In this document: piece after piece, positions 11,330 through 23,256 of the stretch
Layout of the letters: each line of letters opens with the position of its first letter
How positions within the stretch are numbered: the first letter of the stretch is position 1
The notes under the pieces: model-generated
Database searches by the model: none
What the model saw: the letters and a program-made list of their open reading frames with translations, nothing else
What the model was told of the DNA's origin: nothing
Translations under genes and position numbers: made by a program
DNA from: Oopsacas minuta
Lineage: Eukaryota > Animalia > Porifera
DNA: 64,000 nucleotides
Direction of reading: 5' to 3'
Assembly (NCBI GenBank): GCA_024704765.1
Contig: JAKMXF010000314.1
Span: 62,001 to 126,000 of the forward strand

Positions 11330-14115
11330 CACGGGTCTCTCAGAAAATCATATTGATCGAAAAAACGAGGTCCTTGAGATTTTTCATGATTCTTGTGTAG
11401 AATTTTGCGTAGAATCCGATTCTGTTGTCAAAAAAATACTTCCCACACAAATTTTTTCGATAAATTTATTTTTTTGTAAAAAAATAATTTTTTACAATTC
11501 GAATATTTTAGATTCTCATCATGACAGCGATGGCAGATGCATCACCATTGGCAATCAGATATTATTATGATATGCTTAGACATTGTTGTTTACATCTGCA
11601 TGCACTTAGAATTTTCAATAGTATTGCGGTTTTATTCTATTCTATTATGTCATTCATTTTTCTGTATGGTATCAGGTTCGAATAGTTTAACAATAGTAAC
11701 AATAGTTTGATTGCACGTCATTAATCACCTAATCGAGTCCTTTGAATACTTTTAAGTAGTTTCCATTCAGTGATAATTAGTAATTAAAGGTGTTTAACGA
11801 ATATCTGTTTGCATAGAAAAACTATTTAAAGAATGCTTGTACTCATTTTCTATATAATTTTTCTACTGTTGGTATTGATGAGTAAGCACGAGTCTGCAAA
11901 AGACAAAATTCGTCGTTGGTGTTGTATTAAAGTTGGGAAGATAACTATTAAAAACAATAGCCTTATTTCTACTCATTTGGGTGAGCAATATTCGAAGTTT
12001 TTCGAGTCAATCGATCCGATGGACGATAATCGGCCAAATGTTTTGTGCAATACTTGCAAGCTCTATTTGGTTAATCGATCAATGCATGATGATACTTCAA
12101 GGGAAATTCCTGTTCGATTCAATTGTCCAATTATACGAAATACTCGCTTGAATACGTGTAGTTCAGTCAATACCTGTGTAATGTGCATGGAAAGTTCGAG
12201 ATTTGGACCTAGAAATCGTGCTTCTTTGCAAATTCTCCACGAAAAACCTGGACGTCCTGCGATCAACTCTCCCAAAAAGGTTCTTAACCTTTGTAGTAAG
12301 TGTTTAAATACAATAAGTCCCGGATTTCCGCATACTTGCTCAAAAACTTCTTTGGTAAATAATAGCCAATTTTTGTTAGCACGAAAACGTTCTATTGAAC
12401 CTGTCGTATGTTCCGAAATCTACGAAAATTCCGCAGTGCAAGTGAGGACTCGCGTATAACGTTACCTAGACCATCGGGAGGCCATCCAATTCATATGCTT
12501 CCTGGTAATTTGGACCAGTTACCTCAACACAAAATGCCCAAAATGGATTTCTCTGACATCGCACAGATAAAATGCACTGGCGGAGCAATGAGTAACAAGC
12601 AACTAAAAGCTGTAACCAAAGTAATAAGGGATGCTGGCGTGGCCTGTCCATCAATGAAGGACTATTACGACGAACGGAAACAATATTGTGATGATATATT
12701 CGAATGCGTCCAATTAGATCTGGAATGGAGCAAAGAGAAGTATTCCTCTGATATCAGAAAGACTTGGGTCGTACGCTGTTGCAACATCGACAAACTGATA
12801 GAAAAAGTCTACAACATTAGCGGAGAATCTTCAGTTTACAGTTTCAATTTTAAGCTAGGCCTTGATTATGGTTGTGGGTTCACTAAGCTTGTCATGTGTC
12901 TACAACTGGAAAATTCTGTGCGAAATCTAATCTTCTTATGGGTATCAAGTGCTCCTGAAAATAATTACAATTTTTCTATAATACTGAATGCCCCGGAAAT
13001 TCAAAAGTTTATTCATGAGTACAACGTATCTTTTACCTTTGATCTCAAAGCCGCTGCTCTCTGTCTGGGTATTATGCTTGGACGTTACCCATGCATTTGG
13101 TGTGTATAGGATGCTAAAAGTGGATTGGATCATGTCGAATTCAAATCAAGATCATCAGCACATCATGCAGAGATGTACCAAAAATTGTGTGAAGAATATA
13201 ACTCCGACTCAAAGAATCATGCGATTGACTGTGATGGTGTAGAAGATATGGAGGCTCTTGGTGTATGGATGGTTGACTACATGCAGATGTTCAATATTCC
13301 CGAGTTACATCTTTTGTTAGTGGTTGGTCAGAAGTTGTACAATGCGATCGTGGCTACAATGTCTGAAGAAGAGTTAGTTACACATGAATTATTACTGAAG
13401 CACAATAACATATCTCGAAGTTCTTACCATGGAGGCGCATTTGAAGGTAATGCAATGCGGAAAATTACATTGATGGTTGAGCAGATTGGTTTTCCAATTA
13501 GCAACTCATCCAGCATTGCTTTAAAGCGATTTTCAGAGGTAGTGAGGACATGTTTTGGGCAAAAGATACAAGGTGATTACAAACTGGGGATATTTCAATT
13601 TGAAGAAGCATTCAAATTAACTGGGCTGAATTGTTCAACAAAAGTCCATATAGTGTGCAGACATGTTACCCCATTTATCACCAAATTCCTTCCAGTTGGT
13701 ATGGGATTGGGCGCCGTTTCAGAGCAGGCAGCTGAATCAGCTCATTCTCGATTCATCAAAGTTTGGAGAAATTATCAATGTAGCGAGTCTCTAGAAAATT
13801 ACGGCGAAAACCTACTAAATGCTGTCAAGGAAATTAATTTCGTTAATTTTATAAGTACTTAATTTATTCTATATGTGACTGATGGATGTATTATATTCAA
13901 TGTATGAGTGATAACGATGATTCTAATATGATAAATTAGCAACCCGACAACATATAAAAATGGGAACTAAAAAAATATAAAATAACTCAAAAATTTGTGT
14001 GAGAAATATTTTTTTGGCAACAGAATCGGATTCTACGCAAAATTCTACACAAGAATCATGAAAAATCTCAAGGACCTCGTTTTTTCGATCAATATGATTT
14101 TCTGAGAGACCCGTG
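11330..14115 (+). mobile_element. Chapaev (CMC superfamily) DNA transposon, full length
   Basis: ~130-bp TIRs beginning CACGGGTCTCTCAGAAAATC; 4-bp flanks TACA (11326-11329) / TAGA (14116-14119), one mismatch; CACGG termini and a 4-bp TSD are Chapaev hallmarks. Confidence 0.85.
11878..13862 (+). pseudogene. Chapaev transposase, one frameshift (~12410-12460) and one in-frame TAG (13107-13109)
   Basis: N-terminal PNVLCNTCKLYL Chapa-type zinc finger, CPII..CVMC, CSKCL..H.C; core KLGLDYGCGFTKL, TFDLK, YPCIWC, PELHLLL, YHGGAFEGN, KVHIVCRHV, SEQAAESAH. ORFs 12408-13109 and 13125-13862 are in the same frame. Confidence 0.85.
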
Positions 14116-14782
14116 TAGAGATCAAATTCTTATGTGGTATTTTCATAAATTTAGCATCATATGTGGATCTTCGGATGAAAAGGAATGTAGAAAGATTTCA
14201 TTTTGTGTCCCTCGTATATTTTAGGGCCATGATACACGGAAATTCCAGCTGGCCGAGGGTTTGAATCCATAGAACAATCATTAAGAGAGGATTTTAAAGA
14301 GATTTCTGCGTGTGCTGCTTGTGACACTGTTCCAATATAAATACTCTTTTTAAGGTTGTTTGAGTTCGGCATGCGTATACCACAAAAATCTGATAAAGAA
14401 TTAGAAGAATTTGGGGGACGGATATTGAAATATCAAATAGTTTTCGTACTCCAGAAGTGGATTCTGTAAATCAGAAGCAGAGAGAATGGAATCTGAAAAT
14501 TTGCATCTGAACTTGAAGAAATATTCGATAATAGTAATGTGCGTCTCGTATTTAGGTCAATAAAAGGAAGGTTTACTTGATTGTATAGTAGAAAGGATTG
14601 ATTTCGAAACGAATTAGTTTGAAAAGTACGTTGCTTCAAATTAGAGACAAGAGGATTAGATAATTTTTGTTTCGAGTGAGTGGAATTCCTAGAAGAAAAA
14701 GATTATACTGATAATATTCTGATCTCTCTATTTAAATCTACCATGAAAATATTAAGATTTCGAATAATTGAAGTAAGTGAAT

Positions 14783-16140
14783 TGGTTAGAATGTGAGATG
14801 CAGCATTTAGCATTTGAGATAGAAGAAATAGAGATTCAGGTGTTTGTTCGCTATGAATAGTTTGATTCAAGAAGTATTGTCTTCACAATTATCTGAACAG
14901 TATTCGTTAGTAGGTGAAATACATGATTTAGGATATTTAAAGGTAACATTGTTGGTAGGTTCAGCATCGGAACAGGTCTGAAATCTCCCAAGAGTATTAA
15001 ATGCGTCGATTAAACTATTATGGTCTATATTCATTGGTAATACAGGTCATGTGCCTTTCTACTATGTCCAAAAATAAGGACATGACATCCTGCAATTTAG
15101 TGTCGTGCTTTTTCCGTTAGCATAGCGGGAGCCTTTCTGAAGTAGGTAATCTTTCCAGAAAATGAAATCGCCATTAGAGCTCAAAGTAGGCATCATTCGG
15201 GAGGATGGGATTGAAATCCAGTATAAGTTCGGAAGACATTGAATTGGGGTGATAATTCTTGGGGATTCTGAATGTAGAAATGAATTGGTTTGAGAACTTT
15301 GTTAACAAAGGTTTTCAGCGCTGTAAAAATCACAGGGTAGAAGAATAATGTAGCTGCATGGATATATCCAATCTTGTTGTTCGAGACCATAACTTTATGG
15401 TATTTCCTCCCTTGTTACATCGGTTTCAGCTGTAATTACTTGTGCAATGATAACACAACTTATGACACCTGGTTGAATTCCATTTGGAATAGTTAATTCG
15501 GTAATTAACAAATCCCTCATATGTAAATATTCGCCTGTTAGCAAAATTTGGGTGGAATCCTCATACCTTCTGAAAATATGATCAAATTATGTTTCTCTCG
15601 CAGCTGCCTCCACTCTTTGAGAACTTTTGAAGTACATGTATACTTTACACGGCTTTTGGTCATAATGGATTGTTGTCTTCGTTTTAAAAATTGTTTAATG
15701 AGACTATTGTGCCTAGAAGCTAGATACAAGTTTATCAAAATCTTACCACTTGGGAGAAGATGTGAGGCCTGGATATTTAAATATTCCACAAATCGGGATA
15801 AGGATAATAGTTTGAATACAAATGTAGATGGAGACTTTTGGGATTTCAGCTCAAACATAAAGTGTTTATTCAATTTTGACATCTGAAAAAGGTTTTCTTC
15901 TCCCACTGAATTTAAAATATGGATTAAGTCAGTCATGCCCATCTTAGCAACTTTATCAGATCTAGAGACCTCAGTAATAGAAGATGAGTATTGACGAAAG
16001 GCTGTAATGACATCTAGAAACATCTGAGAAATAGTTTTCTTGATGTTCTTTGAGACAAAGATATTGCTGAGAGATGCATCTTTAGAAACTTCATCAGTAT
16101 GATCAAAGGAAGTGGAGCCTTTATCGTTATTTAACACATC
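14783..16140 (-). pseudogene. Tyrosine-recombinase element fragment, inverted near-identical copy of 19608-20963
   Basis: Reverse complement of the right-hand copy; only a few differences seen (ITEV vs ISEV, 5 vs 6 A run, terminal substitutions). It continues leftward into further coding-like sequence (acceptor-like TTTTCTTCTAG near 14690, ORF remnants to ~14157). Confidence 0.75.
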
Positions 16141-16204
16141 CATTCCTTTTAATCACCCATAGATTTATAAATGGGCCATTCTAAGGAATGCAAATTTTAA
16201 AAAG

Positions 16205-19070
16205 TTGATCCTCACCCCACTCAAAATTTTCTTTTTGTGGTAATGAATTACAGTCCAGATTTCCTGCTTTATCGAGATATTTTAGGGTTCCGGCAATAGA
16301 ATATATGATCGACGCTGAAAACCCATGGAAAAAGTCTTAAATCCTTGTTTATGGCCATTTAATTACTTAATGACTATCTAAAATAGTGGTCCTCAAACTG
16401 TGGTACGCGAGGTATCTCATTATTATTTAGGTATATGTCAAAATTTGAATATTTTATACTAAAATCTCCTTGTAATACGTTAGTATAGGTAAAAGCATAT
16501 AGATGGTTGGCTCAGAACAGTGACCGTAAGGAAGAGAAGTGAGGGTGGAGAGGACAATATTTCGGTTGTAACTGACGAATTGGAGTACTGTGAAGTGGCC
16601 ACAAGTGTCTGTGGTGGGAAAGTGAGTGAAGTCTCCACGACAGCTAACGTTTGTAGCAAACGCCGCAAAGTTATAAGATAATATGATCAGAGTTATCTCA
16701 GTTTTGGATTCAGTTGGACCGGGACGGAGGGAGAGTCTAGGCCGCAGTGTGTAATGTGTGGTGATGTTCTCAGCAATGAAAGCATGAAACCTGCGGATCT
16801 CAAACGGATCTTACAACCAAACACGCAGTATTAAAAGACAAACCGATTGCATTCTTTCAGAGAGAACTTGATGAACTGAGGCAGTCAAAGGCAGTGATTG
16901 TGTCCTGTGTTACACCCGTAGCCAAAGCACAGAAAGCCTCCTACTGTGCCAGCCTACGCATAGCCAAAGCCGGTAAACCACGTAATATTGGCGAGGAGCT
17001 GTGTCTACCGTTAGCAAAAGAGATCACACATATTATGTGTGGGGAGAAGGCTACCAGACAGTTAAACTTGGTGCCGCTTTCAAACGACACCGTATCGCGG
17101 AGAATAGTCGACATGGCAGATGGCGTTAAAAACATACTGATCGAGCACATCAAGAAGAGTCGTTATTTTTCAATACAGCTAGACGAGACAACTGACGTAG
17201 TAGATTTAGCTAATTTGCTAGTTTATGTCAGATACGAATACGATGGAACATCTCAAGAGGACTTTTTGTCTGTCAGACACCGATAACGAGAACTACAGCA
17301 GAGCACATTTTTCTGTTATTGAATACTTTTATGGAAGAGAATTGTCTCGATTGGAAAAAGTGTGTTGGAGTTTGCACCGATGGCGCCAGTGCCATGACCG
17401 GTCGCCACAACGGGGTAGCAGCTCGAATTAGCGAAGTGGCCACCGAGATGCGATGGACCCACTGCAGCATTCATCGCGAAGCCCTAGCAGTGAAGAAAAT
17501 GCCTGAAGATCTAAAGTCAGTGTTGGACTCTGCTTTAAAAATGGTGAATTTATCAAGGCACGTCCAATGAATGCGTGTCACTTTGGTGTGCTCTGCGATG
17601 AAGTAGGCAGCGAGCATGTCCAACTCTTGCTCCATACCGATGTAAGATGGTTGTAAAGAGGAAAGGTACTTACGAGGCTGTTCGAATTGCACTGGGAGGT
17701 GCAGATGTTCCTACAAGACAAACAATTTCCCTTGTTACACCTTTTTGAAAACAGTGAGTGGCTCAGTCAACTGGCTTACCTGTCAGACATTTTCTCTCGC
17801 TTGAACGACCTAAATTTGGGACTACAAGGACTGTCTATTACTGTTTTTGACGTGAATGACAAAATCAACGCAATGGTGAAAAAGCTGCAGCTGTTTGAGA
17901 TGAAAATAAAGGCAAGTGATGTTTCAGCTTTCCCCACTTTGGAGAGTTTTATATCTGAGAACAAGCTGACCCTTGATGATGGTGTCAGAGACAACATTGT
18001 GGCGCATATTGATTCACTGAGACAACAGTTCCGCAACTACTATCCAGTATCAGCTGAAGTCAACAACTGGATGAGGAACCCGTTGACCGTCGAATTTGGT
18101 GACATGCCTGATGATTTCAGCACCGATGAGCAAGAGAGTTTTTTGGAATTATCTTGCGACGAAGCGTTAAAGTCCGATTTCAAAAGGATTTCATTGTTGG
18201 ACTTTTGGATACAAAGACACGGCGAATACCCAGCGCTTTCGGACAGGGCCACACGGTTTCTTCTTCCATCCGTGACTACATATCTGTGCGAGAAAGGCTT
18301 CTCATCTCTTGTTGCGATCAAGACAAAATACAGAAATAGGATGGACGCCGAGCCAGACCTGAGATTGAAGCTGACCTCGATTGACCCAGACATCGCAGGG
18401 CTTTGTTCACGAAAGCAGGCGCACCCTTCTCACTGATAGACCTGTAAGTGGATGTACACCAAATGTACCTCCATAAACATTATTTGAATGATCCTAATGT
18501 CGATAATATTCTATTTATTGATATTTTGTTTATTTTACGAGCGTTCTTCATATGCTTCATTATTCGGGGTGAATTTAAATATCGATCTTTATGGTGGTAC
18601 GCGGAGACTCTAATATTTAGTGAAGTGGTACGTGTTGGAAAGAGTTTGAGAACCACTGATCTATAACATAGTGGTGGATAATTCGACTACTCTGGAGAAG
18701 GATTCATTCCTAATGTTGATATACTGTAATTGGCTAAATATATAGCTTCAAAGTATCGTCGATGCTGAGTTTTACAGGCTCCATAGAGCCTGCACTTCAA
18801 AAAACACTCCATCGCTAAAAAGCTAGCAATTTAGCCAATCAAAATGTATTGAAAACCACCTTAAGATACCAGAATTGTTACTCAATACGTTCTAGATTGA
18901 CATTTAGTAACCAAAATTGACCCAAAACACGGATTATAATGATTTTCTATGGGTTTTTCAGTGAAGCTCTTATAGTATATTGCGATACCCCTAAATTATC
19001 TCCGATTTTAATAAAATTTGACTGCAATTCTTCAACATATAAAGGAGACTTTGTATGGGGTGAGGCATTA
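16205..19070. mobile_element. Old MITE/foldback whose diverged arms (~16205-16335 and ~18945-19070) enclose the hAT insertion
   Basis: The arms are imperfect reverse complements (CCATGGGTTTT-CAG, CCCTAAA-TATCTC, GACTG-AATTC, TGGGGTGAGG). Confidence 0.55.
16384..18658 (+). mobile_element. hAT transposon, Buster/Charlie type (ZBED5/SCAND3-like transposase), full length but multiply disrupted
   Basis: TIR TAGTGGTCCTCAAACT / AGTTTGAGAACCACTG; 8-bp TSD ATCTAAAA / ATCTATAA with central TA; BED finger (PQCVMCGDVLSNESMKP), SIQLDETTDV, GVCTDGASAMTG, HCSIHREAL, HTDVRW, C-terminal TTYLCEKGFSSL dimerisation motif. Confidence 0.93.
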
Positions 19071-19228
19071 CCTTTCTAAATATATGTTTTTTTGAATCAA
19101 CTTATTATATATATTATTTCGCCTTTATATTAACATATTCTGCCCGGGCATTACGAGCTGATATTATCTATCAAATCTGTCTCCAAAGTAAATATGCGAA
19201 GAAGTATAAGCGACATTGATATTATCAT

Positions 19229-20963
19229 ATGGGAAAAGGTGAGGTTTCTTCGGATAATATTCCTGAGATTTTGTTTCAGAGCAGATAATCCCGGTTAGGT
19301 TCTCGTGATACCATTTCCTCTTTGAAGACTGGAATACACTGCAAGGTTGAGGGATGCAGTTCTGTTGTTTTAGACTTACACAAACATCTCACGTACGCAC
19401 ACTGTCTTGTAACCCCAGATCCCACAAATATAAATTGTTTTGCTAATACTGAAATTATACAGAAACAAGTGTTTGATAAAATACAGGAAAAAAGTTTAAT
19501 CCAATGGCTGATTTGAATCAGAACTTTAGATTAATAACCAATTGTGTCGATTATATTCTTAAATCCTCTACAACTCTTCATTCCGATAAAGTGCATATAC
19601 ATATTGATGTGTTAAATAACGATAAAGGCTCCACTTCCTTTGATCATACTGATGAAGTTTCTAAAGATGCATCTCTCAGCAATATCTTTGTCTCAAAGAA
19701 CATCAAGAAAACTATTTCTCAGATGTTTCTAGATGTCATTACAGCCTTTCGTCAATACTCATCTTCTATTTCTGAGGTCTCTAGATCTGATAAAGTTGCT
19801 AAGATGGGCATGACTGACTTAATCCATATTTTAAATTCAGTGGGAGAAGAAAACCTTTTTCAGATGTCAAAATTGAATAAACACTTTATGTTTGAGCTGA
19901 AATCCCAAAAGTCTCCATCTACATTTGTATTCAAACTATTATCCTTATCCCGATTTGTGGAATATTTAAATATCCAGGCCTCACATCTTCTCCCAAGTGG
20001 TAAGATTTTGATAAACTTGTATCTAGCTTCTAGGCACAATAGTCTCATTAAACAATTTTTAAAACGAAGACAACAATCCATTATGACCAAAAGCCGTGTA
20101 AAGTATACATGTACTTCAAAAGTTCTCAAAGAGTGGAGGCAGCTGCGAGAGAAACATAATTTGATCATATTTTCAGAAGGTATGAGGATTCCACCCAAAT
20201 TTTGCTAACAGGCGAATATTTACATATGAGGGATTTGTTAATTACCGAATTAACTATTCCAAATGGAATTCAACCAGGTGTCATAAGTTGTGTTATCATT
20301 GCACAAGTAATTACAGCTGAAACCGATGTAACAAGGGAGGAAATACCATAAAGTTATGGTCTCGAACAACAAGATTGGATATATCCATGCAGCTACATTA
20401 TTCTTCTACCCTGTGATTTTTACAGCGCTGAAAACCTTTGTTAACAAAGTTCTCAAACCAATTCATTTCTACATTCAGAATCCCCAAGAATTATCACCCC
20501 AATTCAATGTCTTCCGAACTTATACTGGATTTCAATCCCATCCTCCCGAATGATGCCTACTTTGAGCTCTAATGGCGATTTCATTTTCTGGAAAGATTAC
20601 CTACTTCAGAAAGGCTCCCGCTATGCTAACGGAAAAAAGCACGACACTAAATTGCAGGATGTCATGTCCTTATTTTTGGACATAGTAGAAAGGCACATGA
20701 CCTGTATTACCAATGAATATAGACCATAATAGTTTAATCGACGCATTTAATACTCTTGGGAGATTTCAGACCTGTTCCGATGCTGAACCTACCAACAATG
20801 TTACCTTTAAATATCCTAAATCATGTATTTCACCTACTAACGAATACTGTTCAGATAATTGTGAAGACAATACTTCTTGAATCAAACTATTCATAGCGAA
20901 CAAACACCTGAATCTCTATTTCTTCTATCTCAAATGCTAAATGCTGTATCTTAAATTCTAACC
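19229..20963 (+). pseudogene. Decayed C2H2 zinc finger plus tyrosine recombinase (Crypton-like) gene
   Basis: CKVEGCSSVVLDLHKHLTYAH (C2H2); core-binding-like KSPSTFVFKLLSLSRFVEYL; NGIQPGVI (degenerate R box); VSNNKIG (HK-like); TYFRKA (HxxR-like); GHSRKAHDLYY (catalytic H...Y box) read across frameshifts. Confidence 0.65.
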
Positions 20964-21269
20964 GTCACCATTATGTCAACGTTTTAGATTAGGACCTACA
21001 TGTGCGGCATAGTGCCTCGAATAGTAAGTAATTGCCTAATGATTAATCAGTTGTCGTATTCTTTCTCTTCTCTCATATTCACGAATATCGAAATAAAATA
21101 GAATATTCATAATTGTGTGATCCATTGTGATTACTGCTACTAAAAGCGAACCTACTTTGGAGTTACAAATTTTTGATATTTTGCATAAGGTTATCAAGAT
21201 ACGACGAGCACTAGGAAAGTTTTGTTCGTTAGATAGTAAAAACATTGAATATAATGTATATAGTGAGTT

Positions 21270-22157
21270 TTCCTTAAGCTTTGGGAAGATCTAGAAGTCT
21301 CATGGGACTAAATCAGGAGAATATGGTGGATCTGCAGGGTAGATACTCCATTTGCTTTAATATAATCCATTGTATGTGCCGGTATATGTGCGGGTGGATT
21401 TCACGGTGCAATTTAAAGCATCATAAGCCGGTTTCCGGTCGATGATGCTTGATCTCATCGAAGACTGCTTTCAACAAACTTCGGTTAGTATTTTGCATTA
21501 ACCCCAGGACCATTTAAAGTTTAACGACTTTAATCAAACCTTGAGGATTGTAGAAAATTGAGTACATCCTCTCGCCCACCGATTTTGGCCGTTTCACCTG
21601 GAGAGGTTGAGAATCATTTTCCAATACCCCCAATTTCGCTTTCTCTTTTAGTAGAGGTTCCTAGTGATATATCCACGTTTGATCGCCGGTAACAATGTCG
21701 TATATCCTCCTCCCTTCCTTAGAGTTAGATTTAATGAGCATATATTGACAAAATTCAACTCCCTAGGCCTTCTGTGGTTGCGTAAACTTATGAGAGATCC
21801 ACCGACAACAGAGCCTCCTGACAAATAGGTGTTCATGTAGGATCGAATTAAAAGCTTGCGACGAATTTCTTAGGGCTTCCTCTAAGTGTTTGCAAGTAAT
21901 ATGTGGGTTTGCAAACACTTCACTATCCACAGCCTCAACCATTTCTGATGTAACTTCTTCGTTGGTCTTCCAGAACGAGGTTCATCTTCAAACGATGCCC
22001 TACTTATCTTGAATTCGACATAGCACCTTTGTATAGGACGTTATGAAACTACATCATCACCCAATACCTTCTGCATTTCAAACATTCTTCTGTTGATAAC
22101 TCACTTGAAATTTTAGCATATTTTGATCAGTAATTCGATCTTGCCTAACGCTTCCAT
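21270..22157 (-). pseudogene. mariner (SETMAR/Mos1-like) transposase remnant
   Basis: Read on the minus strand across frameshifts: EDEPRSGRP, ILHEHL, RWISHK, IVTGDQTWIYH, PPYSPDLVP*DF*IFPKLK. Confidence 0.8.
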
Positions 22158-22379
22158 GGAGATATGAAAATATGCTAAAGTGGCATTACAAAATCCACAT
22201 AATTATATGAATTTTGTAAATTTTTATATGAAAATGTTTGCAACGATAAATTCGGTGTTTAGAACTTGTGGGAAAGTTTTAAGTTGATGGTGATAAAATT
22301 CTAGATCTAATCACCTTACTTTCCTAGTGCTCCTTATATATTATTACATATATGTTTGGTCAATCCACGGAAATAGTCA

Positions 22380-23125
22380 GTATACGTACAGACCAACCGG
22401 CTGGTAATACCCGAATGACTAGTCAGTACTCGTACTGAATATCCAGTTGTTCAATACCCGTATAACGATATGTATTGTTTTTATTGTGTTGAATGTATTT
22501 TACTATATTGGGTCAGTATTGTAAAGGGTACATTAGGTTTGTGTACTGCGCAAAGTACTAGTAGGGATCTAGTGAGCCAGCATTGAGATAATTGCCAGAA
22601 TATATTTATATGGCTCTTTAACAGCCCAAACTACAAAGGATTAGGAGCTCAAATAATACCTGAATATGTTAGCGCTTTGGAACTATCCCATTCATAGTTC
22701 CGAAATCGGGATGGTAATTTGACACCTTTCAATCTTTGTGGCCTCTTGCAAGATGTTATCAACCATAATTACAGACCATTCATCATAAACCGAAAATAAT
22801 CCTCACCTCTCCATTTTTCAAAATTGTAGATTTTGCTCAAAATAGTTTCGTAACTATTTTAAGATATTGGTATTAAGCTCAATACTGGCTAGGTAACTAG
22901 CAATTGGTACAGTACATAAAAATAATGCACACATTCCAATACTGACCCAATATACGTAAATATATTCAGCGCTTTAAAATAATACAGATCGATATACGGG
23001 TATTGGGCAACTGGTTATTCACTACGCGTATTTACTACTCATTATCTGTATTGACGAAGAAGTTGGCCAAACGGGTAATAACTAGTATTACAGTTATTGA
23101 CAAGTAGGTCGGTCAGTACGCCTAC
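22380..23125. mobile_element. Foldback/MITE with ~170-bp imperfect arms
   Basis: Inverted blocks CCAGTTGTTCAATACCCGTATA / TATACGGGTATTGGGCAACTGG and ATATTGGGTCAGTATTG / CAATACTGACCCAATAT. Confidence 0.6.
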
Positions 23126-23256
23126 CGACGTGATTAAAGAAATGGAAAACCACATTCGGCATGGAAAGACAATTTAGGTCTGGCTCCGATTGGTTCGAGT
23201 CTTGGACAAAAATTCACAACTATGACGAAATTATGAAAGTAACATTTACCTTTGGG

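Noticed and set aside
13107-13109. Recurrent in-frame TAG suggesting stop-codon reassignment
   Set aside because: CYB5D1 terminates on TAG at the conserved C-terminus, and the same elements also carry frameshifts and TGA/TAA stops.
21648-21836. ORF ending LRKGGGYTTLLPAI, resembling a Penelope GIY-YIG tail
   Set aside because: It is an off-frame reading of the mariner remnant.
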